Shown piece after piece: positions 39,534-50,396 of a stretch of 63,087 nt of DNA. The position numbers were made by a program, and so were the translations under genes. The stretch covers positions 1 to 63,087 of IMG/VR virus record IMGVR_UViG_2140918002_000003. The stretch is one strand, 5' to 3'. The DNA is from a virus. Taxonomy: Duplodnaviria > Caudoviricetes. Numbering within the stretch: the first letter of the stretch is position 1; each line of letters opens with the position of its first letter. The notes beneath the pieces were generated by a model that saw only the letters and a program-made list of their open reading frames with translations, searched no databases and had not been told where the DNA came from.

Positions 39534-41275
39534 ACTGTATCAAATCCTGTGCTATCATATCCAGTGCTATCATATCCACCTGTATCAATTGTATCATTGA
39601 ATCTTGAATATCCTGCTACAGCAAGAGAACCAAATTGAGTTGGTCTGGGACTTGGACCCATTGTCCAATCTGCACCACCGGTCAGTGTTCCAACTTTCGT
39701 TCTTGTAATAGTATCTACGGGATTACCGCTTCCTTCCATCATCTTTAACCAGTAATCAGGTGCAAATGTGTATGCACCTGTATTATAATAGACATTCAAT
39801 GCTTCTGTTGTATTCTTTGCTCTTGTGGTCCACCATCTGAAATCTTTCATATAACCCAGAAAATCATTTGATGATGCAGATCCACCTAATGTTAGTATAG
39901 CACTAAGATTTTTTGACTCTGTATCATTTGCTGTTGTTGCACCAATATTACCATCAAGATATACTCTTACATTTGCTGAACCTAAACTGTTATCATAACT
40001 GCCAATAAGATGTTGCCATTTATTTTGCACCAATCCTGCTACTCTTGCAGTAGCATCAGTAGTATCAGCATTGTTTCTGATGTAGAATCTTACATCACCG
40101 GTTGTTATTTCGCAATCACATCTGAATCTAGCACCACCGCCACCACCATGACGGAGAATATCTCTAGACATATCACCTATTGTAAATGTAGGAAATATCC
40201 ACATAGACCATGAGAATTTCGTTAGTGATTGTGACCATAAACTAGAATCATTACCGCAATCAATCCAATTACCATCTACAGTGAAACTGGTTATGGGAGT
40301 AGCACATATGCTGCGGTGATTATTCCATATGTTATCCATGTGTTGAGTCCAGAAAACTAGGTCACGATACCATCTGATATCAGCAATTCTACCAACAAAT
40401 CTCCCTGTGAGGTCCTGTCCTACTCCTACAAATACAGAATTTTCATGTGAATCTGGAAATGATTGATTGGTAGAATTCACAAGTGTTTGAGGAATATTAT
40501 TTATTCTCATTGATGTCACAGCACCACTGAGAAGATAATTTACACATGCCCGATACCAAACGTTTGATTGAATTGGGGTAGTTGTTGCTGCTTTGCAATG
40601 ATGTGTTCCACTAACTTTAGTATCAACAATCAGTTCTCTTGTGGTCCCAATTCTAAGACATGTTCCAAAATCTCCATTTACATCATCAACATGAAACCAT
40701 ATTGTAGGATCCTGTCCATTATCTGCAACAGGTGCTCCTTCTAACATAAAATCAACATACATTGAATATCCTTTTAATCCAAAATCACTGATGTCCATTA
40801 TTCCAACATTCTGCTCATCAGGATTCGAGCATGAATAATAATCTAAAACATCGGGGTCAGAATTTAGTTGTGTGACTACTCTACCACCTTTGACACCATC
40901 ATCAGGACCTTCACAAAGTTTTGGACTGCCATATATGTAGATATTATTTACTACTTCACCGCTTCCACCAAACATGAATGCTTCGTCTTTCAGTGTTTTT
41001 CCAAGATGATTGAATCTCATCCATAGTCTTAGATATTTACCGTCTGGTTCAAATGGTGCTTTGTAGTGTATCGTCTTTGGTTTTAGTTTTGTAAAGAAGA
41101 ATGGGTCTTGAACTAGGACCGTATCTTCAGTATTAGCAGAAATTGATTTTGGAGTGAACTGGTCTGGTTTGAATAATTCGTTTTCTGCAATGTTCTGTTT
41201 GTTCATCAGTGCTTGGAATTTCAGACTGGAAGGATTAGCACTTCCACCTCTGACAGTCAACCATGTGTAACTCAT
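39530..41275 (-). CDS. Tail protein with two LamG/ConA-like domains
   Basis: WQHLIGSYD...VYLDG...FLGYMKDFRWW and FVGRIADIRWY LamG signatures. Confidence 0.8.
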   Translation of the reverse strand: MSYTWLTVRGGSANPSSLKFQALMNKQNIAENELFKPDQFTPKSISANTEDTVLVQDPFFFTKLKPKTIHYKAPFEPDGKYLRLWMRFNHLGKTLKDEAFMFGGSGEVVNNIYIYGSPKLCEGPDDGVKGGRVVTQLNSDPDVLDYYSCSNPDEQNVGIMDISDFGLKGYSMYVDFMLEGAPVADNGQDPTIWFHVDDVNGDFGTCLRIGTTRELIVDTKVSGTHHCKAATTTPIQSNVWYRACVNYLLSGAVTSMRINNIPQTLVNSTNQSFPDSHENSVFVGVGQDLTGRFVGRIADIRWYRDLVFWTQHMDNIWNNHRSICATPITSFTVDGNWIDCGNDSSLWSQSLTKFSWSMWIFPTFTIGDMSRDILRHGGGGGARFRCDCEITTGDVRFYIRNNADTTDATARVAGLVQNKWQHLIGSYDNSLGSANVRVYLDGNIGATTANDTESKNLSAILTLGGSASSNDFLGYMKDFRWWTTRAKNTTEALNVYYNTGAYTFAPDYWLKMMEGSGNPVDTITRTKVGTLTGGADWTMGPSPRPTQFGSLAVAGYSRFNDTIDTGGYDSTGYDSTGFDTV

Positions 41276-42015
41276 TCTACATTTAACACCGCTTGTAATA
41301 CTATAGTATGAGATGCTTGCATGAATGTGACATTTTGAACATGTGCTAGTGCAGGAGTTATTGTTACACGGTATTCCATTCTAGAACTTAGTTCATTGTC
41401 GGAATCAAATGCTCCAAACTCTGAGAATCCTGATGCTTCTGTTGGGACTGATGTTGGAAATGCTGCTGTGCTTTTGAGGACAATTCCATCAGCATTGATA
41501 TCACCTGATGTCCTCATATCGGTCCTGACTTTTTCATCCTCAAGTCCGGGGTCTGCAAATGTTGGTTTGGTTGTTCCAATACCTGCTCCCATAAAGAAAA
41601 AGAAGTCAGAAGATTCACCTGCGATAAACTCATTGAATGCTGTCAATCCATCCCACATTGGAAGATTATGATTGCTTACGATTTGATATGGTTCAAACTT
41701 GTCTCCCTTTTCAAAATATGTTCCGGTCCTCTGGTCATTCCATATCCTGTTAATCTTTGATTCATAGTCTGCAATCATTCTGCTTTTTATGAGTTTGAGA
41801 TGTCTGTGAACTTCAGGATATCTCTTTTTGGAATAAAGAATTTCATCACGTAATTGTTGTAGAGTTTTAATATAATTCCAGACTGGGATTGAATCTTTTC
41901 TATAATCCCATAGCACACCTGTTTCAACACCTTTAACATATACATCTTCTAGTGTTAGACTACCTACACGTCTTGGTCTATTCAATTTCTTTCTAAAGTA
42001 ATCTAGGATTGACAA
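41272..42015 (-). CDS. Putative minor tail protein
   Basis: GAGIGTT.P...D..L..E...SEFGAFD resembles tail-fibre-attachment domains. Confidence 0.6.
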   Translation of the reverse strand: MSILDYFRKKLNRPRRVGSLTLEDVYVKGVETGVLWDYRKDSIPVWNYIKTLQQLRDEILYSKKRYPEVHRHLKLIKSRMIADYESKINRIWNDQRTGTYFEKGDKFEPYQIVSNHNLPMWDGLTAFNEFIAGESSDFFFFMGAGIGTTKPTFADPGLEDEKVRTDMRTSGDINADGIVLKSTAAFPTSVPTEASGFSEFGAFDSDNELSSRMEYRVTITPALAHVQNVTFMQASHTIVLQAVLNVE

Positions 42016-43862
42016 ATTATTGACTCTCCGAATTTACTCTGGAAGTGATTCATGTATCCAACACAGGTCAATTCCACAAAGTATGAACCATATGGATTCT
42101 CTGCATCAAATGAATTTGCAGAATAATGAACACTGTTAATCTCTGCAACAAGATTTGAATTCTGATTTATTCCTGCGGGTGGATATACTATGTTGGCAAG
42201 TTGCAATGGATAAAACAATTTATTTGGAATTGAGAGTTGCTTCTTCTCATATATCCTTTTTAGTTTTGCACCGTATTGCAACAAGGTGTTAGCATACTTG
42301 AATCCTGTTGAGATATCATGTATCCAAGGTGCATTGACTCTGATTTCAACAGGTCTGTTTGGAGTGAACAACTTGATAGACATTGGATCTGCTGCACTGA
42401 TTGTTGTCTTGTTTGTAGCAAAGAATGAGAATCTGTGAACAGGACCTTTTGAATTTACACCCCATCCTTTTTCAAAATTCTCATTGTATGGAGTTGGTTG
42501 GTCTGTGAACGGTTTCTTTGTTCCTGAATATCTTGGTAGTGCATCAGTCGATGCAGTTGTAAAATCAGAGTCATGATGCCATCTTATTGTGTTATCCTCA
42601 TTTTCTCCACGTTTGAATAATAGAATCCAGTGTTTTTTGTTCTGGTCAATTGTTGGCATTCTATAACTTAGTGCAATATTGTAAATCGGGACCGGTGCTT
42701 CTGTAATCTGGTCATATGGAATATTAAAAGTTGCAATTATTTTTGAAGATGGATGATTATCACCGGTATCTTCACATATGAGACCCTGAACCCCTGTGAG
42801 GTCGTAGGCATCATCTACTGATGACCTACCTATGCCTGCTTTTGATAATAGGAGAGCAACATTGAAAAGTTTTGTGGATCCGGGTATGAATTGTTGTCCA
42901 ACATCTTTTTTCGCTAGACTTGTAAAATTTGGAGTATCGGTTCCTGATGCTGATGATATAATCTGGTCAGTGTTTATCGTAAGAAATACTTGATTGAAAA
43001 ATCCTTGGTCTACTTTCATGAATTTTCTTCCAGACCATCCACCGAAATAATATGCTGTGGTTTCAGCAGGGTCATTGAGTCTCTCTGTGATAGGTTGATT
43101 TGTTCCTTCATAGACTTCCCACTGTCTGATTATTATGCCGGAGTGGACCTTGTATGGTGGTCTCAGATACACCTTTTTATCAGCATCTACATGGAAAACA
43201 GTTCCACTTGATGCTGCAAAATTCTCCAAGATAGTTGCTGCTGTTGTCAGTGGTGCATTAACAGTAGGCATTGTCACTCTAATCGTGTTGGCAAGACTAT
43301 CAAGTAAATATCCCCCCCGGTCCTGTAAAGTGGGGGAGTTTCCTAGAGGTAGGATATCAGTTGATGTGAATGCTTCTAATGCAAGATTATCTATACGGAA
43401 AGCAGGGTCATTCAGAACGGTGTTACCAACAATGTCGTCTTTGTTAGCACTTTTCAAAAAATTAAGTATTGTGTAGTTTAGAACAACTCCATATCCCAGA
43501 CCACGAAATGAATACAGGAGTTTGTTTGCAATAGGATAATCTTCTGTGATATCATCAATTATTCCCCACATAATGTTTTTGTAGTTTTCCTGTTTCTTTG
43601 CTGCTTGAATTATAGCAACATGACCACATTCAATTGTGTCTCGGATTACCTTGTCTTTTGAGTCATCTATTGTAAAAGCAAAATCTCCTGTGCTTGCACT
43701 GCTAGGATTAACATCTATTGTTTGCAGAACAAACGGTGCATTGTCAGTATCAAAGGAATCAAATTCATATGTGGTCTCAGATTCATCAGGAGTTTTTAAT
43801 ATTAATTTGTATTTGACAGGATCCATGTATTCCTCTGCTGCTGCCATTAGTTCGGAACTCAT
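42003..43862 (-). CDS. Putative tail tip / hub protein
   Basis: Immediately downstream of the tape measure; hub-like size and beta-rich N-terminus. Confidence 0.6.
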   Translation of the reverse strand: MSSELMAAAEEYMDPVKYKLILKTPDESETTYEFDSFDTDNAPFVLQTIDVNPSSASTGDFAFTIDDSKDKVIRDTIECGHVAIIQAAKKQENYKNIMWGIIDDITEDYPIANKLLYSFRGLGYGVVLNYTILNFLKSANKDDIVGNTVLNDPAFRIDNLALEAFTSTDILPLGNSPTLQDRGGYLLDSLANTIRVTMPTVNAPLTTAATILENFAASSGTVFHVDADKKVYLRPPYKVHSGIIIRQWEVYEGTNQPITERLNDPAETTAYYFGGWSGRKFMKVDQGFFNQVFLTINTDQIISSASGTDTPNFTSLAKKDVGQQFIPGSTKLFNVALLLSKAGIGRSSVDDAYDLTGVQGLICEDTGDNHPSSKIIATFNIPYDQITEAPVPIYNIALSYRMPTIDQNKKHWILLFKRGENEDNTIRWHHDSDFTTASTDALPRYSGTKKPFTDQPTPYNENFEKGWGVNSKGPVHRFSFFATNKTTISAADPMSIKLFTPNRPVEIRVNAPWIHDISTGFKYANTLLQYGAKLKRIYEKKQLSIPNKLFYPLQLANIVYPPAGINQNSNLVAEINSVHYSANSFDAENPYGSYFVELTCVGYMNHFQSKFGESIICQS

Positions 43863-46800
43863 GCTGATGCATACATTCCGGTATCTTCAAGAGGAATTTC
43901 CTTAATCAATTTGGATAGCATTGATGCACCGGGGAACAAATAGATTGGCATTTCAAGATGCACTGTTTTTGCACCTGCTACTGTTGTATTATGAGTTGCA
44001 TATTGATTTGTAGTTCCACCACGTGTGTCTCCGGGTGGTGATATATCCACTCTCTCGTTTTTGTGAGCATAGATGAATGCATCTTCTGATAGAGTTGCAT
44101 GCATACCATGCTGAGCAGAAAAGTCACCAACACGTTTTGCTTTTATCGTTACAGTTGCAACCATTCCATCAATCTGTTTTACTTTCTTTTCCACATCTGA
44201 TGCTGCACGCATAAACTGCCGGTGGTCCCCTAGGAAATCTACAATTGGTCTGAGTTTATCAATTGCTTGGACCACTTTAACAACATCTGAACCTGCTTTC
44301 ATAAATTGTCTGTGGTCTCCTAGAAAATCAACAATTGGTCTCATCTTATCAATTCCTTGAACTACTTTGCCTACATCACTTGCTGCTTTCATGAACTGAC
44401 GATGATCTCCCAAAAAGTCCACAATAGGTCTTAGTGCATCGACAAACTGTGCACGTTTGACTACTGTATCTACTGCTGTTAGATATTGTTTGATATCTGC
44501 TTTGAAAACAACTGTTACTGTCTTTGGAACATTTTTTGTTTGACCATCTCCTTCTGATTCAGGTGTTCTCTGGAATGTTGGGTCAAATGGAATATCTCCA
44601 CTGACATTTGTGAATCCGTTGTTTTTACCACCACCGGGTCTTAATGCTATCATCTGTTTCATTATATCCACAAGATTTCCAAAGTCAGTTGTAAGTCCTC
44701 TGACTGCTCTACCCTGCAAGTTAAGGTCAATTGTGACTTGATTTATTGTTCTTGCCAAAACATTGTTTAACACAATTTTCTGCACGGCAGGATCTAAATC
44801 TTCAAATGCAGTTGTTGTGTCCTCTGTCTTATTTGCAAGTTCTCCCATACCTGTATGGGTATTAACATAGTCTTGCAATATCTTGACATCATTTTCATCT
44901 ATTCCACCACCTTCTGCTTTGAGTGTTGCAAATAAATCAAAGAATCCTTTCCAGACATCAAGTTCTGCTGCTGTTAGACCACCTTCTTTCAGTTTCAGTA
45001 AAGGTTGAATCAGTGTTGTATCTACATCAGCATCAGAAACATCATCGAGTTCATCTCCAAGTTTTCCAATATCCTCTGCTAATTGTTTTGTTATATCCTT
45101 TCTTTCATTAGCACTAAGGTCACTCCATATTCTGCTATATCCTTCTAGGACTGTTGTATTGCGATCAACTGTTTTTTGAAGTTCTGCTTGGTCCTGAAGG
45201 AATTCTTTGAATTCATCTCTAACTGATTTTGGAATTAAGTCTTTGACATCTTTCCATGCACTCTTCCAGTCTTTACCACCTTTGGTAGCAGCATCAATTA
45301 ATTCTTGTAATGAATCTCGTGTATTACCGAATGCTTCATCCATAAGTTGTCCCATAATTTGTCCCTCTTTTCCTGCATCACCTTCTGCTTCTATTAATGC
45401 TCTTAGATTCTCATTTGTAAGAGTGATTCCTTTTGGTAACTCTATCTTCAAATCTTTGGCAAGGTCAAGATATCCCTGATGTGTGATTTCTAACTGTGCT
45501 TTATTTTTAACAAGATTTGTAGTGAAATCAGCAAGTTCCTGAACTCCTGCAACCCATCCATCTTTCATTGCTTTCATTTTAACAGTTCCATCTGTGATTG
45601 CTGCACTCCAATCCAATTGTTGAATTATGAGGTCTTTCAGAGCATCAGTCTGGTCTCCTTCTGTTGTTATTGCATCTAAAAGTAAATCATTATGAATACC
45701 ATATTTTGCTGCTAGAGTGACAAGTTGTAATTCTTCCGTTTGATATGCATTAACAGTTTGTGTTGCTATGTCTATGAGTTGTTTTCCTGCTTCTGTTCCC
45801 TGAAGGTCAGCAGCAGTCTTTACCGCTCTTGCACCAAATACCTGTGTTAATGCAGCATTTTCTTTCTGTGTTGCTTCAGCAATCTTACTTATCTGTTCCC
45901 TTTGTATTGTGCTCTTCAGAATTATTTCTGCTTGTGCTTGTGCTTCTTCCTCAAGTGTTTTTACTCTATCTTTCTCTACTTTTGTTACCTTTTCCTCATC
46001 TGGGAACAGTTCTTTTAGTTTTTTATCCAGTTCTGCTTCTGCTACTGAGCGTAGATTTAATGCACCTGATGCACCAAAATTTGCCTTGATATGTTCTTCC
46101 AGTGGTCCTTTTGCTGATTCAAGACTACCTGTTGCAAGTATTGTTGCCTTGTTTTGCTCTATTACACTATCTACATATGACTTTGCTCCTTCTGCTGTTT
46201 TGGTCCATGCGGGAATAAGTTCTCCTAAATGGTTCTGTAGTAAATCTGCTGCTTGTGCTGCTGATTGCTGTTTTGCTACTGCTTCTTGATATGCAGGATT
46301 AACAGCAAGAAGTTTTGATTTGATTAATTCTAATCCTTGATTTGTTGCATTGAGTGATCCTTGATATGTTTTTTCTTTTGATATTGCATCAGCAAGTTGT
46401 TTATCAAAATCAAGTCCATATTTTAGAACAAGTTGCACAACGTTCAAATGTTCTTTATCTGCTTCCAGTGTCTTTCTTTTTGCAGTTGCTTCATCTGCAA
46501 ATCCCTTTACTTTTCTCACACTTACTTCTGCAAGTTGTTTATCAAATTCTAGTTGGTCCTTCACTGATTTTATATAATCAGCATTCATCGTTCCTAGTGT
46601 AGTTTTAGTAGTCTCTGCATGTTTTTTGATTATCTCATCTGCTGCATCAAGATGTGACTGAACTGAAGTTGTGTATAACTGTGGACCCTTTGCTGCTTCT
46701 CCAAAAGCATCTGTAGTCTCTGTTGCTGTATCTGCTGATGCTTGATTAAGATTCATCAATGCTTCAATGATGAATCCTATACCAACAACAAGTGCACCAA

Positions 46801-47623
46801 TACCTGTTCCTATTAAGAGACCTTTCATAGCACCTGATAGTGCTCTGATACCAACCGCACCCACTTCTGCTGCCGGTCCAATTCCACCAAGTGCAGGTCT
46901 TAACAAAAGAGAAGCACCTGTTGTCTGTCCCATTCCAAGAACAGTGGATCCAATAGAAGTTACAAAACCTTTGATTGATGGAATGATATTACCAAAACTT
47001 CCCCTGAGATTTGTTACAAGTTGAACGACTGATGATCCTGCTGCAACAACCTGTGGACCAACCTGCGATGCAAATGCTGCCCATGCTTCGTTGACATCTT
47101 GCTGTAAGTCTGCATTTCGTTCTTGAGCAACTGATAATTTATTATGAGCATTGGTAATCCTGTCATCAAGTATTGCCATTTGCTCTGCTGAAAGATTTCC
47201 TTTGTCTACTGCTTGTCTACGTCTTTCAGTCAATGTTGCAATTGTTGTCTCTAAAGTTGATACTCTTTGAGCAGCAGCATGTGCTCTGATTTGGACCTTC
47301 TCTAATGAGTCATAAGCATTGTAGACTCCCCAAATTGAAGCGGTTGCAACACCGAATGAAGTTGCATTCTGAGAGAATGTAGAACCTATCTGTGATAATT
47401 TTGCACGAAATCCTGTAATCTTTGCATCAGCATTTGTGACAGAAGTTGTAAATCCACCAAGTGCATCTGCTCTGAATCCTGTTTCCATCTGTTTTACTGA
47501 GGATGTTAGTTGTCCTGCTCCTGTCCTCATTGCATCAAGTGATTTTACTATTTTTGTATTAGCAGCAACTACAGATTCAGCATTCTGAGCATCGTATCTA
47601 ACAGTGATACTTGGTGATGACAA
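43859..47623 (-). CDS. Tail tape measure protein
   Basis: 1254 aa, Ala-rich helical, with hydrophobic GIGALVVGIGFII segment; downstream of tail tube and chaperones. Confidence 0.85.
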   Translation of the reverse strand: MSSPSITVRYDAQNAESVVAANTKIVKSLDAMRTGAGQLTSSVKQMETGFRADALGGFTTSVTNADAKITGFRAKLSQIGSTFSQNATSFGVATASIWGVYNAYDSLEKVQIRAHAAAQRVSTLETTIATLTERRRQAVDKGNLSAEQMAILDDRITNAHNKLSVAQERNADLQQDVNEAWAAFASQVGPQVVAAGSSVVQLVTNLRGSFGNIIPSIKGFVTSIGSTVLGMGQTTGASLLLRPALGGIGPAAEVGAVGIRALSGAMKGLLIGTGIGALVVGIGFIIEALMNLNQASADTATETTDAFGEAAKGPQLYTTSVQSHLDAADEIIKKHAETTKTTLGTMNADYIKSVKDQLEFDKQLAEVSVRKVKGFADEATAKRKTLEADKEHLNVVQLVLKYGLDFDKQLADAISKEKTYQGSLNATNQGLELIKSKLLAVNPAYQEAVAKQQSAAQAADLLQNHLGELIPAWTKTAEGAKSYVDSVIEQNKATILATGSLESAKGPLEEHIKANFGASGALNLRSVAEAELDKKLKELFPDEEKVTKVEKDRVKTLEEEAQAQAEIILKSTIQREQISKIAEATQKENAALTQVFGARAVKTAADLQGTEAGKQLIDIATQTVNAYQTEELQLVTLAAKYGIHNDLLLDAITTEGDQTDALKDLIIQQLDWSAAITDGTVKMKAMKDGWVAGVQELADFTTNLVKNKAQLEITHQGYLDLAKDLKIELPKGITLTNENLRALIEAEGDAGKEGQIMGQLMDEAFGNTRDSLQELIDAATKGGKDWKSAWKDVKDLIPKSVRDEFKEFLQDQAELQKTVDRNTTVLEGYSRIWSDLSANERKDITKQLAEDIGKLGDELDDVSDADVDTTLIQPLLKLKEGGLTAAELDVWKGFFDLFATLKAEGGGIDENDVKILQDYVNTHTGMGELANKTEDTTTAFEDLDPAVQKIVLNNVLARTINQVTIDLNLQGRAVRGLTTDFGNLVDIMKQMIALRPGGGKNNGFTNVSGDIPFDPTFQRTPESEGDGQTKNVPKTVTVVFKADIKQYLTAVDTVVKRAQFVDALRPIVDFLGDHRQFMKAASDVGKVVQGIDKMRPIVDFLGDHRQFMKAGSDVVKVVQAIDKLRPIVDFLGDHRQFMRAASDVEKKVKQIDGMVATVTIKAKRVGDFSAQHGMHATLSEDAFIYAHKNERVDISPPGDTRGGTTNQYATHNTTVAGAKTVHLEMPIYLFPGASMLSKLIKEIPLEDTGMYASA

Positions 47624-47671
47624 TTATGAAATTATTTGTGTCGATGATTATCTAATAACCAACCAACCAAG

Positions 47672-48256
47672 TCATCGTTTTGCACCGGGTCGTCTTGTTG
47701 GGAATCCATATTTTTGTTTTCTTCCACTGGGTCTTAGCAGTTGTCTGAAAGATGTTTTTGTCTGAGTTTTCTTTCCATAAACATAACGGGTCCCTGCACC
47801 GGTCTGGACCTTATACAGAAACTTGTGTGCTCTTGCACCACCCTTTGAACCATGTTCTGCATGTGGTGGTTTTGGTTGACCTCCTTTTGTAAGTGCAACT
47901 GTATATTTTAGAAGTTCATCAAGTAACATTTTCTGTCCATGAATTGCAGCAGGGGTAAAATATTTTCGTCCCGGAACTTTCTTTCCTGCTCTATTTGTGT
48001 ATCCAAACTCAACAGCAGCAGCATAATCTACCATTGCACCAACTTCACCTGACAACTCATTATTCATCCAGTGAGTAATAGAGTCCCTGAGTGTCCCTGT
48101 GACCACAGGTGCTTTGCTCTGTGCTTCTGCTGCAACTTGTGCACATACCCAGTTTATTATTTCACCGATTTGATGATTCTGTAATCCTAAAGAAATATTA
48201 TTAAAAAGTTTAATGTTCTCATCCATACCTGTAATCTTCATTGATAGTGCGAACAT
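47672..48256 (-). CDS. HK97 gp10-like tail completion protein
   Basis: APVVTGTLRDSI...YAAAVEFG...PGRKYFTPA signature. Confidence 0.85.
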   Translation of the reverse strand: MFALSMKITGMDENIKLFNNISLGLQNHQIGEIINWVCAQVAAEAQSKAPVVTGTLRDSITHWMNNELSGEVGAMVDYAAAVEFGYTNRAGKKVPGRKYFTPAAIHGQKMLLDELLKYTVALTKGGQPKPPHAEHGSKGGARAHKFLYKVQTGAGTRYVYGKKTQTKTSFRQLLRPSGRKQKYGFPTRRPGAKR

Positions 48257-48283
48257 TATGTTGCATAAGATTCTCGGATTATA

Positions 48284-48592
48284 TTAATATGAACTGCCAC
48301 TACCAAGTGAGTCTCTTTTGATATTACCTCTTCTGATATTCTCCCAATCAGCACTTGCATTTAGATTCGGACCTGATTTCTTATTCTCTTCTTCTCTTAT
48401 CTGTGCAACAGTTTTGTCTATCACTGGCATTATTGCATCTATTTCTTCATAGAATGGATAACCCAATTCCCAAGGAACCTTATGGTAGAACATATAGAGT
48501 CTTGCTAATTTGATATACCAACGGGTCCTTACAGAAGCACCGATGATAGTCTTGCCTTTAATCCAATCTCTAAGGACCCGTCTTATTTTGGG
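48284..48592 (-). CDS. -1 frame extension of the tail assembly chaperone (gpT-like part of a G-T fusion)
   Basis: The frame is open from the slippery CCCAAAA (48586-48592) through ORF 48284-48493. Confidence 0.75.
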   Translation of the reverse strand, partial: PKIRRVLRDWIKGKTIIGASVRTRWYIKLARLYMFYHKVPWELGYPFYEEIDAIMPVIDKTVAQIREEENKKSGPNLNASADWENIRRGNIKRDSLGSGSSY

Positions 48593-49350
48593 GACTTTAC
48601 TCCCCCTTTATACAATGCTATATCTGAATAGTTTATGACATCATCAAATCCTATTGAACGGATATCATCATCAGATGCACCAAAGTATGCCTTGAATACT
48701 GCTGAATAATAATCCTGAATTGATTTTTCCCATCTCACCTTCTTTGATTGCCATACTTTGTCCTGTGCGTATTTTTGAAACATCTGTTCTGTTGTGGTTG
48801 GGTCGTTTGTCATACGGTTGATTCTGACACCTTCTTCTATCACAGCAAAATGTGCATCCTGCATCGCAGACTCTAAGAACATTAATTCATCACGGTCCTG
48901 CATTGGCAGTGATGCATAATGGAATGTTTTTGGTTTTGATACTATCTTTCCCTCTTTGTCACGTTTCCATATTAATCTCTCTTGCACAGCATCACCTATC
49001 TGTCTCTTCTCTACTTTTTCTACAATTCTGACAGGGATATCAAACGATTCATCTTCTGCTCTTTTCATTATCCATACTTTCTTTGCATATTGCTCGTATG
49101 TGTCAATCTTCTTTAATTGCTCATTAACATCTTCTAGTTTTGGAAGATTCTTTATCTGTTCTACAATTGTTTTGATTGAACGTGCATCAGCAAAATCTAG
49201 AGTTGGAAAACTTTCAAGGTCTACTTTTTCAGGTTCTACTGGTTCTATTTCAACACCGGGTCCTAACTCTTCTTCTATGTTTGCCTTGGATTGGGTCTCT
49301 GCAATTGTTTTTCTATGTTCTTTAAGTTTCTCTTTTATTTCTGCTGCCAT
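48583..49350 (-). CDS. Tail assembly chaperone (gpG-like)
   Basis: Directly downstream of the major tail gene; ends at a slippery site. Confidence 0.75.
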   Translation of the reverse strand: MAAEIKEKLKEHRKTIAETQSKANIEEELGPGVEIEPVEPEKVDLESFPTLDFADARSIKTIVEQIKNLPKLEDVNEQLKKIDTYEQYAKKVWIMKRAEDESFDIPVRIVEKVEKRQIGDAVQERLIWKRDKEGKIVSKPKTFHYASLPMQDRDELMFLESAMQDAHFAVIEEGVRINRMTNDPTTTEQMFQKYAQDKVWQSKKVRWEKSIQDYYSAVFKAYFGASDDDIRSIGFDDVINYSDIALYKGGVKSPK

Positions 49351-49404
49351 AAAACACTAACTAAGAGGGAATTAAAAAATGTAGTATAAAAAGAGTGGGT
49401 TTGT

Positions 49405-50319
49405 TTAGGATGCCACTGTCAATGCTGTAACTGATATCGACTTTGCAACTCCAACCAGTGTCTCTTTGTAGATATCCATTGCTCCTGAGTCAGAATCAGT
49501 CGTGTAGGAGTTGAATTTACAGTTGTTCAGAGTAATGATGACAGGAGTTGTGAATAATTGCATTGTGATTGTTCTTGCAGTCATGTTCTTTACATCACCG
49601 ATTAGTGCAGAATCTTTTACCCATGTGTCGAAATTGAATGCTATACGTCTACCACCGGGTCTCAGTGTTCTTGGAAGTGCTGAACCTAAAGGCATGACTT
49701 CAAGTGCGTTTCTTGAGAGTTCGATTGTTCCTTTCTCGATGTCTCGTGCAACCGCATTGTATGTGAATGGATCTGATGTTCCTGAAGTTAAGTGAGTCCA
49801 AGGAGTCGTAGTTAAAGCAGGTGCATAAACAGTTGAAGCACCAATAGCGGTATCTGTTGCTGCTTGAGTTAACCAGTCAGTTGATGACATACATTTCATG
49901 ACACCAACACATGATACACGTTTGTCTAAGTTGATTGTGCATCTGTCTGGAAGTGCACCATAGTAAATTTTGGTATTGGCAACGTTGTTAATTTTCTGAC
50001 TTCTGAGAACTGTGTTGGTCTTATCAATAGAACCTGCACCACCACCTGCTGCTTCAGTAAAATACCTCAAAAATCTTGTATCGATTAATAACCATGATAC
50101 AGTAATCATGTTATGCTCTTCTAGTTTTTGGTCGTCATAGATATCTTCAGTCCCTAATAAGGTAACTTCTTCATGTCTCATTGGAATGTTGTCTGTTAAC
50201 TTTGAAGCAATTCCGATGTTTTTATATGTAGAATTTTGAACCGGAGTTCCTTTAGTTGTCTCTTCACTTGTTTGGATTTGACGAGTCCAGTCTAAGGTAG
50301 TTGAAACTTCATATGCCAT
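49405..50319 (-). CDS. Major tail (tube) protein
   Basis: 304 aa T/S-rich, EETTKGTP N-terminal motif, gene position. Confidence 0.75.
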   Translation of the reverse strand: MAYEVSTTLDWTRQIQTSEETTKGTPVQNSTYKNIGIASKLTDNIPMRHEEVTLLGTEDIYDDQKLEEHNMITVSWLLIDTRFLRYFTEAAGGGAGSIDKTNTVLRSQKINNVANTKIYYGALPDRCTINLDKRVSCVGVMKCMSSTDWLTQAATDTAIGASTVYAPALTTTPWTHLTSGTSDPFTYNAVARDIEKGTIELSRNALEVMPLGSALPRTLRPGGRRIAFNFDTWVKDSALIGDVKNMTARTITMQLFTTPVIITLNNCKFNSYTTDSDSGAMDIYKETLVGVAKSISVTALTVAS

Positions 50320-50396
50320 ATTATATGATAGATTCTTGCGTGTATGGTATTGAGAATCAAGTTAGTTATTTTCTGAATATAGGGTTTCTTTAGAGT

